From positions 1-51,580 of the IMG/VR virus record IMGVR_UViG_3300020061_000009: a stretch of 51,580 nucleotides of DNA; one strand, 5' to 3'. Under the pieces are notes generated by a model, which was not told the DNA's origin, did not search any database, and saw only the letters and a list, made by a program, of their open reading frames with translations. The translations under genes were made by a program, and so were the position numbers. Shown here one piece after another: positions 15,239 through 23,715 of the stretch; within the stretch, counting starts at the first letter, position 1; the number at the start of each line of letters is the position of its first letter. This DNA is from a virus. Taxonomy: Duplodnaviria > Caudoviricetes.

Positions 15239-15640
15239 ATGTCCCGAACCGACAAGGACACGCCGTGGTGGGTTGCTGCCGAGTTGTGGGAGCCGTACCA
15301 CTACAGGTGCGAGGCCGCCCGAAGCGGCTGGGCCGGAATGTCCCGCGAGCGTGACTGCGACCTGCCCGCCGAACCGATCATCAGCGCATACCGTACGCCG
15401 CGGCGAGGCTTGCGAGCGTGCCTATGGGTGCCGGTGTGGGCGCCGTTCCGTAATCAGCGCCGACACGGACAACCGCCGCCGCCGCGCTGGTTCGTCGATC
15501 ACGTCTGGAACGCGCCGAGTCGACGCGCCGTCCGGGACGATTGTCGCGAGGCTGCGAAGGAGTACCGCGGAACCGGTGAGATCGACGTGGTTCCGCCGAC
15601 CACTCAGCACCGGCACTGCGCCGCGTGGTTGTACTGGTGA
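15239..15640 (+). CDS. Arg/Trp-rich hypothetical protein (MSRTDKD...WLYW), divergent from the tRNA operon
   Basis: GGAGG RBS; followed by a hairpin. Confidence 0.75.
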   Translation: MSRTDKDTPWWVAAELWEPYHYRCEAARSGWAGMSRERDCDLPAEPIISAYRTPRRGLRACLWVPVWAPFRNQRRHGQPPPPRWFVDHVWNAPSRRAVRDDCREAAKEYRGTGEIDVVPPTTQHRHCAAWLYW

Positions 15641-15726
15641 CTCGCGCCCGACCCCCCTCACTAGGCATAGAGCGGGCCCGCCAACCTCCCCGGGGTCTGG
15701 CGGGCCGCTCGCTGGTTGCGTCGTGT

Positions 15727-16851
15727 TCAGGCCAGAGACCAATCGTGGCTGCCGGGTTCGTCAACCCACAAGGTGTGCTTGCCCTCGGTGGTGACGGTTA
15801 GGCCGAAGCGGTCGTGGCTGGGCCTGCCGGCGAGCTCCCATCGCACGTGGGCGTAGCTGACGGTGTCCCACAGGTCGCGGGATCCGCCTTGCTGGACGAG
15901 GTCGGTGCGGTCGGGTCGGTAGGTGCCGACGGTCCATGAGCGGTCCGGGGAGGCGAACAGGTAGTGGATGTCGTCGCTGCCCTCGTATTTGATCTCGACC
16001 CAGGTCAGGTCCGGTGCGGCGATCGCCAGCCATGCCAAGAAGGCCGGGTCTCCATAGTCGGTGGACACGACGCGGCCGGACACGCGATGGTTCGACTTTT
16101 GGAGTGCGATCGCCTCCAGGTTGGACAGGCGCCGGGGTCCGTCAGCCGATCGGGCCTCGATGAATCCTGCGAAGCCGAGCGACTTGCCTTCGGCGCAGGT
16201 TCCGTCGTCGGCGACGGTGAGCTTCATGACGCCGACGCCGACGTTCGCGAGGACGACTCCTCCGGGTATGCATAGCTTGATCCACGCCGCGGGGACACGG
16301 TTGGTACTGCACGTCGCGATGACCCGGTCGTACAGTGCGCCGTCTTCGTAGTCGAGCCCGTCGCCGACGATCAGCGTCGGCGAGAAGCCCACGGCATCGA
16401 GAGCTGTCCTTGCTGAGGTGACCAGGTCCGGGTCGATGTCGATGCTGGTCACCTGCTCGTCGCCGAGGCGGTGACACAACAGGGCGCAGTTGTAGGCGGT
16501 TCCCGTGCCGATCTCGAGGACACGGTGATGATCCTCGAGCTCCAGAGCTTCGAGCATCATCGCGGTGACGCTCGGCTGCGTAGACGAGCTCGTGGCGGTG
16601 CCTTGCGGGTTGTGGTGGGTGACGAGCGAGTCGTCGGTGTAGACAACGTCCAGCCACCGTGCGTATTGCTCCGGGTCGCTGGAGTCGATCCACTCTTGCT
16701 CGCCGCCCGGTAGCACGTGGTAGAACCTGGGCGCGAACACGGTGCGCGGCACGGCGGCGAAGGCGTCGATCCATTCGGGTTGGGTGAGTGTGCCGGCCGC
16801 GCAGAGCGTCGCGACGAGGCGTTGACGGGGCGATTCCGTGGCGAGGGTCAT
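15727..16851 (-). CDS. PIMT-like O-methyltransferase of an ATP-grasp RiPP system
   Basis: AVPR..F, TSSSTQP, VLEIGTGTAYNCALL and YDRVIATC motifs; ATGA coupling to the ligase. Confidence 0.9.
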   Translation of the reverse strand: MTLATESPRQRLVATLCAAGTLTQPEWIDAFAAVPRTVFAPRFYHVLPGGEQEWIDSSDPEQYARWLDVVYTDDSLVTHHNPQGTATSSSTQPSVTAMMLEALELEDHHRVLEIGTGTAYNCALLCHRLGDEQVTSIDIDPDLVTSARTALDAVGFSPTLIVGDGLDYEDGALYDRVIATCSTNRVPAAWIKLCIPGGVVLANVGVGVMKLTVADDGTCAEGKSLGFAGFIEARSADGPRRLSNLEAIALQKSNHRVSGRVVSTDYGDPAFLAWLAIAAPDLTWVEIKYEGSDDIHYLFASPDRSWTVGTYRPDRTDLVQQGGSRDLWDTVSYAHVRWELAGRPSHDRFGLTVTTEGKHTLWVDEPGSHDWSLA

Positions 16852-17786
16852 GCGGGGTCTCCTTGGAGGTCTGCGGCGATAGCGTCGGCGATCGGTTGTC
16901 CGGTAGCGTCCTCGACCCAGCCCCACTGCCCGTTCGGGTTGATCTCCAGGAACCACCAGACGTCGCTGGGATCAACGACGAAGTCCAGCGCACCGAAGCG
17001 CAGCCGCAACGCCGCCATGAGTGCCCGGACTCCGGCCGCGACGTCGTCAGGCACGTCGATCGGGGTGAACTTCAGGGAGGCGTAGTCGGTTCGCCAGTCG
17101 AGCCGGGCCGCCTCGGAACCAGCGTCGATACGTGCAGCGAACAGGCGCTCGCCGACGACGGTGAGGCGCACCTCGTACTGCTTGGGCACGAACTCTTGGA
17201 ACAGGTGCGCGGTTTGGTCGACGCCAGTGAGAGTGGCGCCCCGGGGCAACGCCTGGGTGTAGATGGCGTGTCCAAGCACGGTCGACGGGCTGCCGGACAG
17301 TGTTTTGTAGACGGCTCCCTCGGCGTCGCCGAGAAAGTCCCGCGCATGTCGCGGGTCGTTGGTGATGAGGGTGGAAGGCACGGCGAGGCCGCTGCCGATC
17401 GCCGCGGCGATCTGCACAGGCTTGGTCGCGGCGGCCATGTGGTGCGGGTTGTTGACCCATCGGCAGTTGATCGCCGCAAGGACACCGCCGAAGCCGTGCC
17501 GGGCCTCTCGTACTGCCCACTCAGCCTCAGCGCCTGACATGTCGCCAGTCATTCGGAACGGCGATGGCCGCCGGTAGTAGACCGCAGTGATGTCGGCCAA
17601 GTCGATCGTACGGGGGCCGGCACTGATGACGCCTCGCCAGCCGTCCTCGCCGGTCGTGGCTGACATGCGCAGTGCTGTCGGGAAGTCGCCCAGGTCTATC
17701 CGGGCGACAGGGACTCTGCCATGTAGTTGGAGGACAACTCTGTCTGCGGTGAGGTCCTGCTCCTGGCTGATAACGAGGACTGTCAA
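16848..17786 (-). CDS. ATP-grasp RiPP maturase (graspetide synthetase)
   Basis: YYRRP, PSTLITND, FQEFVPKQYEVRLTVVG, LDWR and FLEINPNGQWGW motifs. Confidence 0.93.
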   Translation of the reverse strand: MTVLVISQEQDLTADRVVLQLHGRVPVARIDLGDFPTALRMSATTGEDGWRGVISAGPRTIDLADITAVYYRRPSPFRMTGDMSGAEAEWAVREARHGFGGVLAAINCRWVNNPHHMAAATKPVQIAAAIGSGLAVPSTLITNDPRHARDFLGDAEGAVYKTLSGSPSTVLGHAIYTQALPRGATLTGVDQTAHLFQEFVPKQYEVRLTVVGERLFAARIDAGSEAARLDWRTDYASLKFTPIDVPDDVAAGVRALMAALRLRFGALDFVVDPSDVWWFLEINPNGQWGWVEDATGQPIADAIAADLQGDPA

Positions 17787-17847
17787 GGGTCCGCTCCTTT
17801 AGGGTCCGCGTGGGAGCACATGGGCCCCCACGCGGTTCGGTCTGGTG

Positions 17848-18150
17848 TCAGTCGGTGTCGCTGTCCGTCCAGCTCTGGTGGTCGGCGGTGGTGGTGTACT
17901 GGGTGGTGGAGCCGAGGTTCGGCGAGTGGACGGCCGGCTTCCCCGTCAGGTCGACGTTGATGCCCCGTTCGGCGTCGTAGCGGATGCCGGTGAGGTCCCA
18001 GGGTTCGGATGCGGTGATCGGGGCCAGGCGCGCGAAGCCGAACGACCTGCCGGACGGTGGCTTCGCTGCCTTCGGACCAGCCTGCGGCCCGCGGGTGGTG
18101 GGCAGCATTGCTTGATCCGGCGCGACCGGGTCCGCGGTGGCGATGTTCAT
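17848..18150 (-). CDS. Graspetide precursor peptide
   Basis: SFG...YDAERGIN leader; Thr/Ser/Asp core STTQYTTTADHQSWTDSDTD. Confidence 0.85.
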   Translation of the reverse strand: MNIATADPVAPDQAMLPTTRGPQAGPKAAKPPSGRSFGFARLAPITASEPWDLTGIRYDAERGINVDLTGKPAVHSPNLGSTTQYTTTADHQSWTDSDTD

Positions 18151-18197
18151 GGTTTGTTCCCTTTCGTCGATGGCTCTTCGTGCCCAGTGAAGCGCAA

Positions 18198-18230
18198 GTG
18201 TTTGGAAGAGTCAATAACCCTTCCGAACAC
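18198..18230. promoter_or_regulatory. Inverted repeat (putative GntR operator) overlapping a TTGACT -35 on the - strand
   Basis: GTGTTtGGAAG...CTTCCgAACAC. Confidence 0.5.
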
Positions 18231-18331
18231 ACGGCGTGCCGGACTAAAGACGATCACCCTGATACGCTCACAGTTCAGAACAGTCTTGGCTGCTCAGCGC
18301 AGCCCCCTACCTGCAAGGAGGAGATCGAGGG

Positions 18332-19093
18332 GTGTCGGACCCGGCACCTGCCTACCGGCGGGTACTCACAGAGCTACGGACACTGATCCTGTCCGGCCAG
18401 CTCCAACCGGGGGAACGCCTGCCGTCAATACGGGAGATCGCCGAACGCTACGAGGTCACCCAAGGAACCGCCTCCGACGCGCTCCGCTGGCTCCGCACCG
18501 AGGGACACATCGTCAGCCGCCACGGCTCCGGAAACTACGTCCGCGAATACCGGGCCATCCCTCGCAGCTCGCCAGGACGACTCGCGAAACAGCGCTGGAT
18601 GAGTGGCCTGTCCATTCAGGAAGCCGACACCGGACAGCGACCGAACACCGCCGACGTTGAGGTCGGCGAAACCCCCGCACCCGATTGGGTCGCCGGCCCG
18701 CTCGGTCTGAAGGACGGAACCCCGGTTGTGTTCCGGGCACGCCGCTTCGTGGTTGACGGCCGCTACGTCCAGCTCGCGACCTCGTACCTGCCGACAGCGC
18801 TCGCCCGGGGCACCGCGATCATGCACACGGACTCAGGCCCTGGCGGCATCTACGCGAGGCTCGCCGAAACCGGCCACGAGCCGACTGCGTTCACGGAGCA
18901 TTTGCGCGTCCGGATGCCGCTCCCTGTAGAGGTCGAACGCCTCGACCTGCCGGACGGCACTCCGGTCCTGGAGATCACCCGCCACGCGTTTCAAGCGGAC
19001 GGCCTATGCGTCGAAGTCAACCGGATGGTCCTGGACGGAACGGCGTACGTTCTGGACTACTCGTTCCCTGCGGAGACCGCAGGCTCAAGGTGA
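18332..19093 (+). CDS. GntR-family regulator (wHTH + UTRA, KorSA-like)
   Basis: GQLQPGERLPSIREIAERY...G.GNYVR; UTRA-like C-terminal domain. Confidence 0.92.
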   Translation: MSDPAPAYRRVLTELRTLILSGQLQPGERLPSIREIAERYEVTQGTASDALRWLRTEGHIVSRHGSGNYVREYRAIPRSSPGRLAKQRWMSGLSIQEADTGQRPNTADVEVGETPAPDWVAGPLGLKDGTPVVFRARRFVVDGRYVQLATSYLPTALARGTAIMHTDSGPGGIYARLAETGHEPTAFTEHLRVRMPLPVEVERLDLPDGTPVLEITRHAFQADGLCVEVNRMVLDGTAYVLDYSFPAETAGSR

Positions 19094-19155
19094 CGCGGCT
19101 GGTCGCCGAGTATGTGGACGGCTTCTACGTCGAGACGAAGGGCGAAGACCACAAT

Positions 19156-19189
19156 GGACCCCGGGCCGCATATCCGACGACCCGGGGCC
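19156..19189. terminator. GC-rich hairpin, probable bidirectional terminator
   Basis: GGACCCCGGG...CCCGGGGCC between convergent units. Confidence 0.6.
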
Positions 19190-19600
19190 TTCTCATGTAT
19201 GCGGGATTCGAACCCGCAATCTTCGGTTTTACAGACCGATGGGCTGCCATTGCCCAAATACGGTGAGTGTTGCCGCCACATTGTCACACCAGCGACGTTT
19301 AAGGGCACCTCTTAGATCAAAGTGAGCGCGCTCTGCCATTGAGCTAGGGGAGCACGTGGAGCTCCCCGCGGGACTCGAACCCGCAACCTCGCGCAACGAT
19401 GGTGTCCGGGCGATCTGGTGGTGATCGACGGCAATGCTGAGTCTGGGACAAGAGCCTAAGTCTGCCGGCACCCGCTGCCTCTACCAGTTGGGCTACCGGG
19501 GCATGTGGAGCCCCGGGCCGGGATCGAACCTGCACCTTGGCGGGTGGTGTTGACGGCTGAGTTTGAGCCTGAACTTGTGTCCTTTACAAAGGGTGATTCA
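19190..19600 (-). ncRNA. Large structured RNA with two circularly permuted tRNA-like domains and a terminal tRNA-Tyr(GTA)-like domain
   Basis: T-arm > closed acceptor > D-arm order at 19470-19545 and 19326-19394; long-range stems; cloverleaf at 19192-19267. Confidence 0.8.
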
Positions 19601-19623
19601 TAGGGTCCTCGATGGGAAGGGCT

Positions 19624-20355
19624 TTACCCGAAGACGTAGGAGAAGATCTTCGCGCCGATCACCTGGTCCGTGACGAGTTCCATGTTGGCCTGCTCCCGGG
19701 CCACCTTGACCGCCTCGGCGAGCGTGACCACGCGGGCCTTGATTTCGGAGATCCGCGCCCGCGGCAGTGCCCCCGAATACTTGACGGTCGTCCAGTAGCC
19801 CGCGAGCACATCCTCGGAGTACATCTCGACCTGTGCGGGATGCCGGTCGGTGGCCTCTGCTCTCACGTGATTGCGGGGCACCTTCTTCGACCTGGTCGTG
19901 CTCGCCGGCGCCGTCGCCCAAGCCTCAGCGACGTCGTCATACGTCCACGCCTCCGACGGGTCTAGGGCCGGCAGCTTGCTGACGAAGGTGTGCAGGTCGA
20001 TGAGTTGCTTCTCCAGGAACAACAAGTACGTGACGGGCACGTCGTAGGCGAGCACGTCGCCGCCCACGATGATGTTGGCCTTCGCGATTCCATTCGCGAC
20101 GTCCTTTGTCAGAGTGACGTCCATCAGCCGCGTGAGTGCGGTCACGACCTCCTTGATGATGTCGTCGGACCGCAACTGGACCCGTGTCGACTCAGGCGGC
20201 AGTTGCTCGCCCTCGTCGTCCTTCGGCCGGTACGTGCGAGCAAGGCCCGACAGGAGCGGACCCTTCTGCAGCTGGTGGTGCGCGTCGGTGAGCGCCGCGT
20301 GCGCGCGGGACTTGACGCCCTTCTCGACGGCGACGATCTTATTGAGCTGACCCAT
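19624..20355 (-). CDS. Conserved coiled-coil hypothetical protein (recalled as DUF7873-like, unverified)
   Basis: LN.IVAVEKGVK, RTYRPKDDEGEQLPPE, DVPVTYLLFLEKQL and AVKVAREQAN motifs. Confidence 0.85.
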   Translation of the reverse strand: MGQLNKIVAVEKGVKSRAHAALTDAHHQLQKGPLLSGLARTYRPKDDEGEQLPPESTRVQLRSDDIIKEVVTALTRLMDVTLTKDVANGIAKANIIVGGDVLAYDVPVTYLLFLEKQLIDLHTFVSKLPALDPSEAWTYDDVAEAWATAPASTTRSKKVPRNHVRAEATDRHPAQVEMYSEDVLAGYWTTVKYSGALPRARISEIKARVVTLAEAVKVAREQANMELVTDQVIGAKIFSYVFG

Positions 20356-20365
20356 GACGGATACC

Positions 20366-21154
20366 CTAGGCAGGCGCAGAGCCGTCCTCTATGGGTTCGT
20401 GTTCGCCGTCGGCTGAATCGCCGAGCTCCGAAAGGTCAACGACGCGGATGTTGCGTGCCAGCCTGGTCCCGTCGCAGTCGAGGCCGACCACCCGGACCGG
20501 GCCGTGGCCCATGTCGGCGACGGTCTCGTACTGGCAGTGATAGTGGCCATGCCAGGCCCACGACGGGCGTACGGCGTCGGCGACCCTGCGTAGTTGGAGG
20601 CGTTGACTGTCGGCTCGGATCAGGTCGAGCGGTGGCCACAGGTGTGCGGACTCGGCAAGGCCCGGGATGTCGACGCCGGTTGGGCAGTCGTGGGACACGA
20701 GCACGTCAACCGGCCCGCCGGCGATTGCTTGCTCGACCTGCTCGTCGGTGATCTCCTCCTCCCTCCACCATGAGACGCCCGGTACCCGCCACTTGCGGTC
20801 GATCGAATAGGCGCCACCCAACGCCAGGAACGAAACGTCGCCCCACGTCCAGCGGAAGCCGCGGGGAAGGTGCCAGATCCGGTCGGTCAGCTGTCGCCGC
20901 CCGTCCTCACGGATGGGATACCGCAGCAAGGTCGGGAAGCACTCGTGGTTTCCGTCCACGAACCACAGCTCCAGCCCGGCCTTGCGGAGTGCCGCGTCGA
21001 CCCCCTTCACGAACCCCGGCGGGAATTCATAGCCGAAGTCGCCCAAGTGGACAATGATGTCCGCGTTCAACGAGCTGGCGTGCCTGATCGCCCTTCGCGC
21101 CCAGTCCCGGTTGCAATGCCAGTCGCCAGCGAAGGCGATCCGCTTAGGCTCCAT
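20366..21154 (-). CDS. Calcineurin-like metallophosphoesterase
   Basis: GDWH, GDFG, DGNHE, SHDCP and HGHYH motifs. Confidence 0.92.
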   Translation of the reverse strand: MEPKRIAFAGDWHCNRDWARRAIRHASSLNADIIVHLGDFGYEFPPGFVKGVDAALRKAGLELWFVDGNHECFPTLLRYPIREDGRRQLTDRIWHLPRGFRWTWGDVSFLALGGAYSIDRKWRVPGVSWWREEEITDEQVEQAIAGGPVDVLVSHDCPTGVDIPGLAESAHLWPPLDLIRADSQRLQLRRVADAVRPSWAWHGHYHCQYETVADMGHGPVRVVGLDCDGTRLARNIRVVDLSELGDSADGEHEPIEDGSAPA

Positions 21155-21377
21155 CGGAGTGCCCTCCGGCAGGCCGGGCCCGGTGGCACCAGCACACGCA
21201 TTTGATGTCGCAGACCTTGCAGTGGGACCGGTGCTTCGTGGATCCGTCGTACCGCTGCGCTTGGATCTGGCAGTATGCGTGTCCGTCGCCGCCATGCAGG
21301 CAGCCGGTAGATAGGTACCAGTGCCTCCCGCCGAGCAGCGTGACGAACCGCAGAACGTGGTACATCAACCTGGCCAT
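21144..21377 (-). CDS. Small Cys/His-rich protein
   Basis: YLSTGCLHG..H.YC...CKVC...C.C.CH. Confidence 0.7.
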   Translation of the reverse strand: MARLMYHVLRFVTLLGGRHWYLSTGCLHGGDGHAYCQIQAQRYDGSTKHRSHCKVCDIKCVCWCHRARPAGGHSDGA

Positions 21378-21380
21378 AAG

Positions 21381-22295
21381 TCAGAAGTCCCCCGGGGCGA
21401 CCTGGAAGACGGTAAGGCCGAGCGACCTCCACATGTCCACCACCTGCTGTCTGTCGTCGAGAACGCAGACCACATCCCAGTTCCGTCGGATGTGATTGTC
21501 AAACAGTTCCCGCTTGACCACGGCGTCCTTTCGCATGTCCCCGACCGGCCGCATCCACAACGCGGCGTAGGGCACGGCGACGTGCTCGGCCAACCACTTC
21601 TCGGTAGCGGCTCGGCACGCTTCGGTCCGGCCTGAGCAGAAGATGACTGCGTGGCCGGCCGCATGCATCGCCCTGACCGTCTGGACCACAGCCCGGTTCG
21701 GCCGGTCCTCCTGAACCCGGGTCTCGTCATACGGCGACCGGCCGCACATGAGGGCAACCGTGCCGTCCAGGTCGACCAGGACGGCCTTTGGGGCGCCGGC
21801 GTGCGGCACGTATGGCTCCGGTGCCTCGTCGACTGCATCGGTCTCCTCCGCGAGAGGCAGCGGGTACGGCCTGCCGGCGATGTACCGCTGGCGCATGTCC
21901 CGGATCCGGTCCTCCGGCACCCGGGCGACGCCTTCGCGGGCGGCGTTGCGGTCCAGGCACACCTGGAGCGGGACGTTGGTCAGATCCCAGACCCTGAAGT
22001 CGGCGCCAGCGAGCATTGCGAGGCGTCGGAGGTCCCGGGCGGTCCGGGAGGGCAAGTTGGTGTCGTCCACGATCACGTCAACGCCACGTTTGAGTAACGC
22101 GCCCACGGCAGCGTCCCGGATCACCTGGATCTGTTTCTCTGTGTCCTGCCCGAGAAACACAGAAGCATGCGCCATTCCCCGAATGTCGTCGCGGTTGATT
22201 CGCGCTCGCCCGGCCGGGTCCGCTGCTACCCAGTTCCGGGCGTACGTGGTCTTGCCCGAAGCCGGCAATCCACGGGTGATGGTCAGCGTGGTCAT
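21381..22295 (-). CDS. Polynucleotide 5'-kinase/3'-phosphatase (T4 PNKP-like)
   Basis: RGLPASGKTT, INRDDIR, DDTNL; HAD motifs DLDGT, SGR, DDR. Confidence 0.93.
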   Translation of the reverse strand: MTTLTITRGLPASGKTTYARNWVAADPAGRARINRDDIRGMAHASVFLGQDTEKQIQVIRDAAVGALLKRGVDVIVDDTNLPSRTARDLRRLAMLAGADFRVWDLTNVPLQVCLDRNAAREGVARVPEDRIRDMRQRYIAGRPYPLPLAEETDAVDEAPEPYVPHAGAPKAVLVDLDGTVALMCGRSPYDETRVQEDRPNRAVVQTVRAMHAAGHAVIFCSGRTEACRAATEKWLAEHVAVPYAALWMRPVGDMRKDAVVKRELFDNHIRRNWDVVCVLDDRQQVVDMWRSLGLTVFQVAPGDF

Positions 22296-22522
22296 GCGCG
22301 GACGGTACACGTGTCTCCCTTTCGCCGCTGAGCGAGTTCGGCATCAACGCCGGCGAGCAGTGCGAGAGTCAGGTGTCCGGACTGTGATGGTGGGGAAGCC
22401 TTGCCGGCCGCGATCGTCTCGAACGTTCCGTCGTCGATGTGACCGGCGACGAGGTCCAGGCCGCGGAGGAGGTTGAGCCGGATCGCGACGAGCGTGGCCG
22501 TGGTGGCGTCCGCGAAGCTCAT
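22292..22522 (-). CDS. Hypothetical protein
   Basis: ATGA coupling on both sides. Confidence 0.6.
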   Translation of the reverse strand: MSFADATTATLVAIRLNLLRGLDLVAGHIDDGTFETIAAGKASPPSQSGHLTLALLAGVDAELAQRRKGDTCTVRA

Positions 22523-23592
22523 GATGTCGGTCCCTTCCGTCGTGGCCGCAGTTGCGGCTGAAGCCCCCACATCTTCTCGGCGCAGGCCTTGACGTCCGCC
22601 AACGAGAAAAGCACATGTCCGCGCTCGTCGCGACGGGGTTTCGGCTCAACGCCCGGACGCTCCGGTTCGGCCATAAGCCGTGCGAGCTTCCCCCGGGATG
22701 CCCAGTTGGCGACGACCGAGGGACGGACATCGCGGTACCAGTGCAGGGACAGCCACGACGCGGCCATCTGCGCGTCGACAACGCCGCCGGTCTCGCCCAC
22801 AATCTCCCGCTGCCACCACTCCACCGTCTCCGCCGTGTCGCAACCGGGGCAGGTGATGAGGGCAGTCTTGCCGTCCCAGTCGAGCCGCTCGTCACAACGC
22901 CCCGGTGCCAACAGCTGCTTGCCGCCGAGATCCTCCGTGACATAGGTGACCATCAGGGGGCACTGGCCGATGTAGATACTCGTCGGGCCGGACGGGTATG
23001 CGAGTGCCCAAACTCGTCCGTGGGAAATTGCCCGCAGGTCCGCGGCGTGCTTCCCCGCGTCGGGGTGCGCGGCCAGCCACTCGGCGCTTCGCGCGACGAA
23101 GGCACTCAGCGCCTGCATGGACGTATCTGCGTACCAGTGGCGCCACATCGGGCCGATAAATCCCGGCGGCCGACGGTCAACGACCCACCTTCCCGGCACC
23201 GAGAAACCCCGAGAGACCTGGATGAGTTTCGCGATACGGCGAAGCGTGGTGGCGATCTGGGCTCGGATCTCGACCACGCCTGCGTCCACTCCGGGCGAGC
23301 AGTCCCTGGACCCGGAGGTGTGTTCACCGTGGCCGGCGCGGCGCAGCTGCACGGCGAGGTCGCGGTGCAGTGTCGCGGCTGTCACCGGGTCGTGGACGAG
23401 ACAGCCGCCGCACTTGGCGGGGTCGTCGCATCTGGCGCACCGGTCGCAGAGGCGTAGGCCCGGTGCGGCCTGGGCCGGCAGGCAGCCGCGGCAGGCGTCG
23501 GGGCCGTCCTGCCGGTCGCATTCGCTGCGGTGGCGGCGTGGCAGGTAGCAGCCGGGGTTGGCGCACGGCGGAGCGGTCGTTGGTCGTGGCAT
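22519..23592 (-). CDS. Zn-binding protein with C-terminal HTH, possible late regulator
   Basis: Several CxxC motifs; VVANWASRGKL...FSLADV. Confidence 0.75.
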   Translation of the reverse strand: MPRPTTAPPCANPGCYLPRRHRSECDRQDGPDACRGCLPAQAAPGLRLCDRCARCDDPAKCGGCLVHDPVTAATLHRDLAVQLRRAGHGEHTSGSRDCSPGVDAGVVEIRAQIATTLRRIAKLIQVSRGFSVPGRWVVDRRPPGFIGPMWRHWYADTSMQALSAFVARSAEWLAAHPDAGKHAADLRAISHGRVWALAYPSGPTSIYIGQCPLMVTYVTEDLGGKQLLAPGRCDERLDWDGKTALITCPGCDTAETVEWWQREIVGETGGVVDAQMAASWLSLHWYRDVRPSVVANWASRGKLARLMAEPERPGVEPKPRRDERGHVLFSLADVKACAEKMWGLQPQLRPRRKGPTS

Positions 23593-23715
23593 GCGATCTC
23601 CGATCGCGCGAGGGGTTGTACGCTGCGATTGGGTCCGGAGATCGTTTCTTAAAGTGGGGAAGCGCCGCGGCCGGCTCGGGCGGGCCGGTCGCGGATCTCC
23701 ATTCCAGACTAGCGA

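Noticed and set aside
19356-19502. One tRNA with a large anticodon intron (5' half of module 1 plus 3' half of module 2)
   Set aside because: That acceptor pairing (GCCCCGG/GGGGAGC) is poor, whereas both permuted pairings are perfect.
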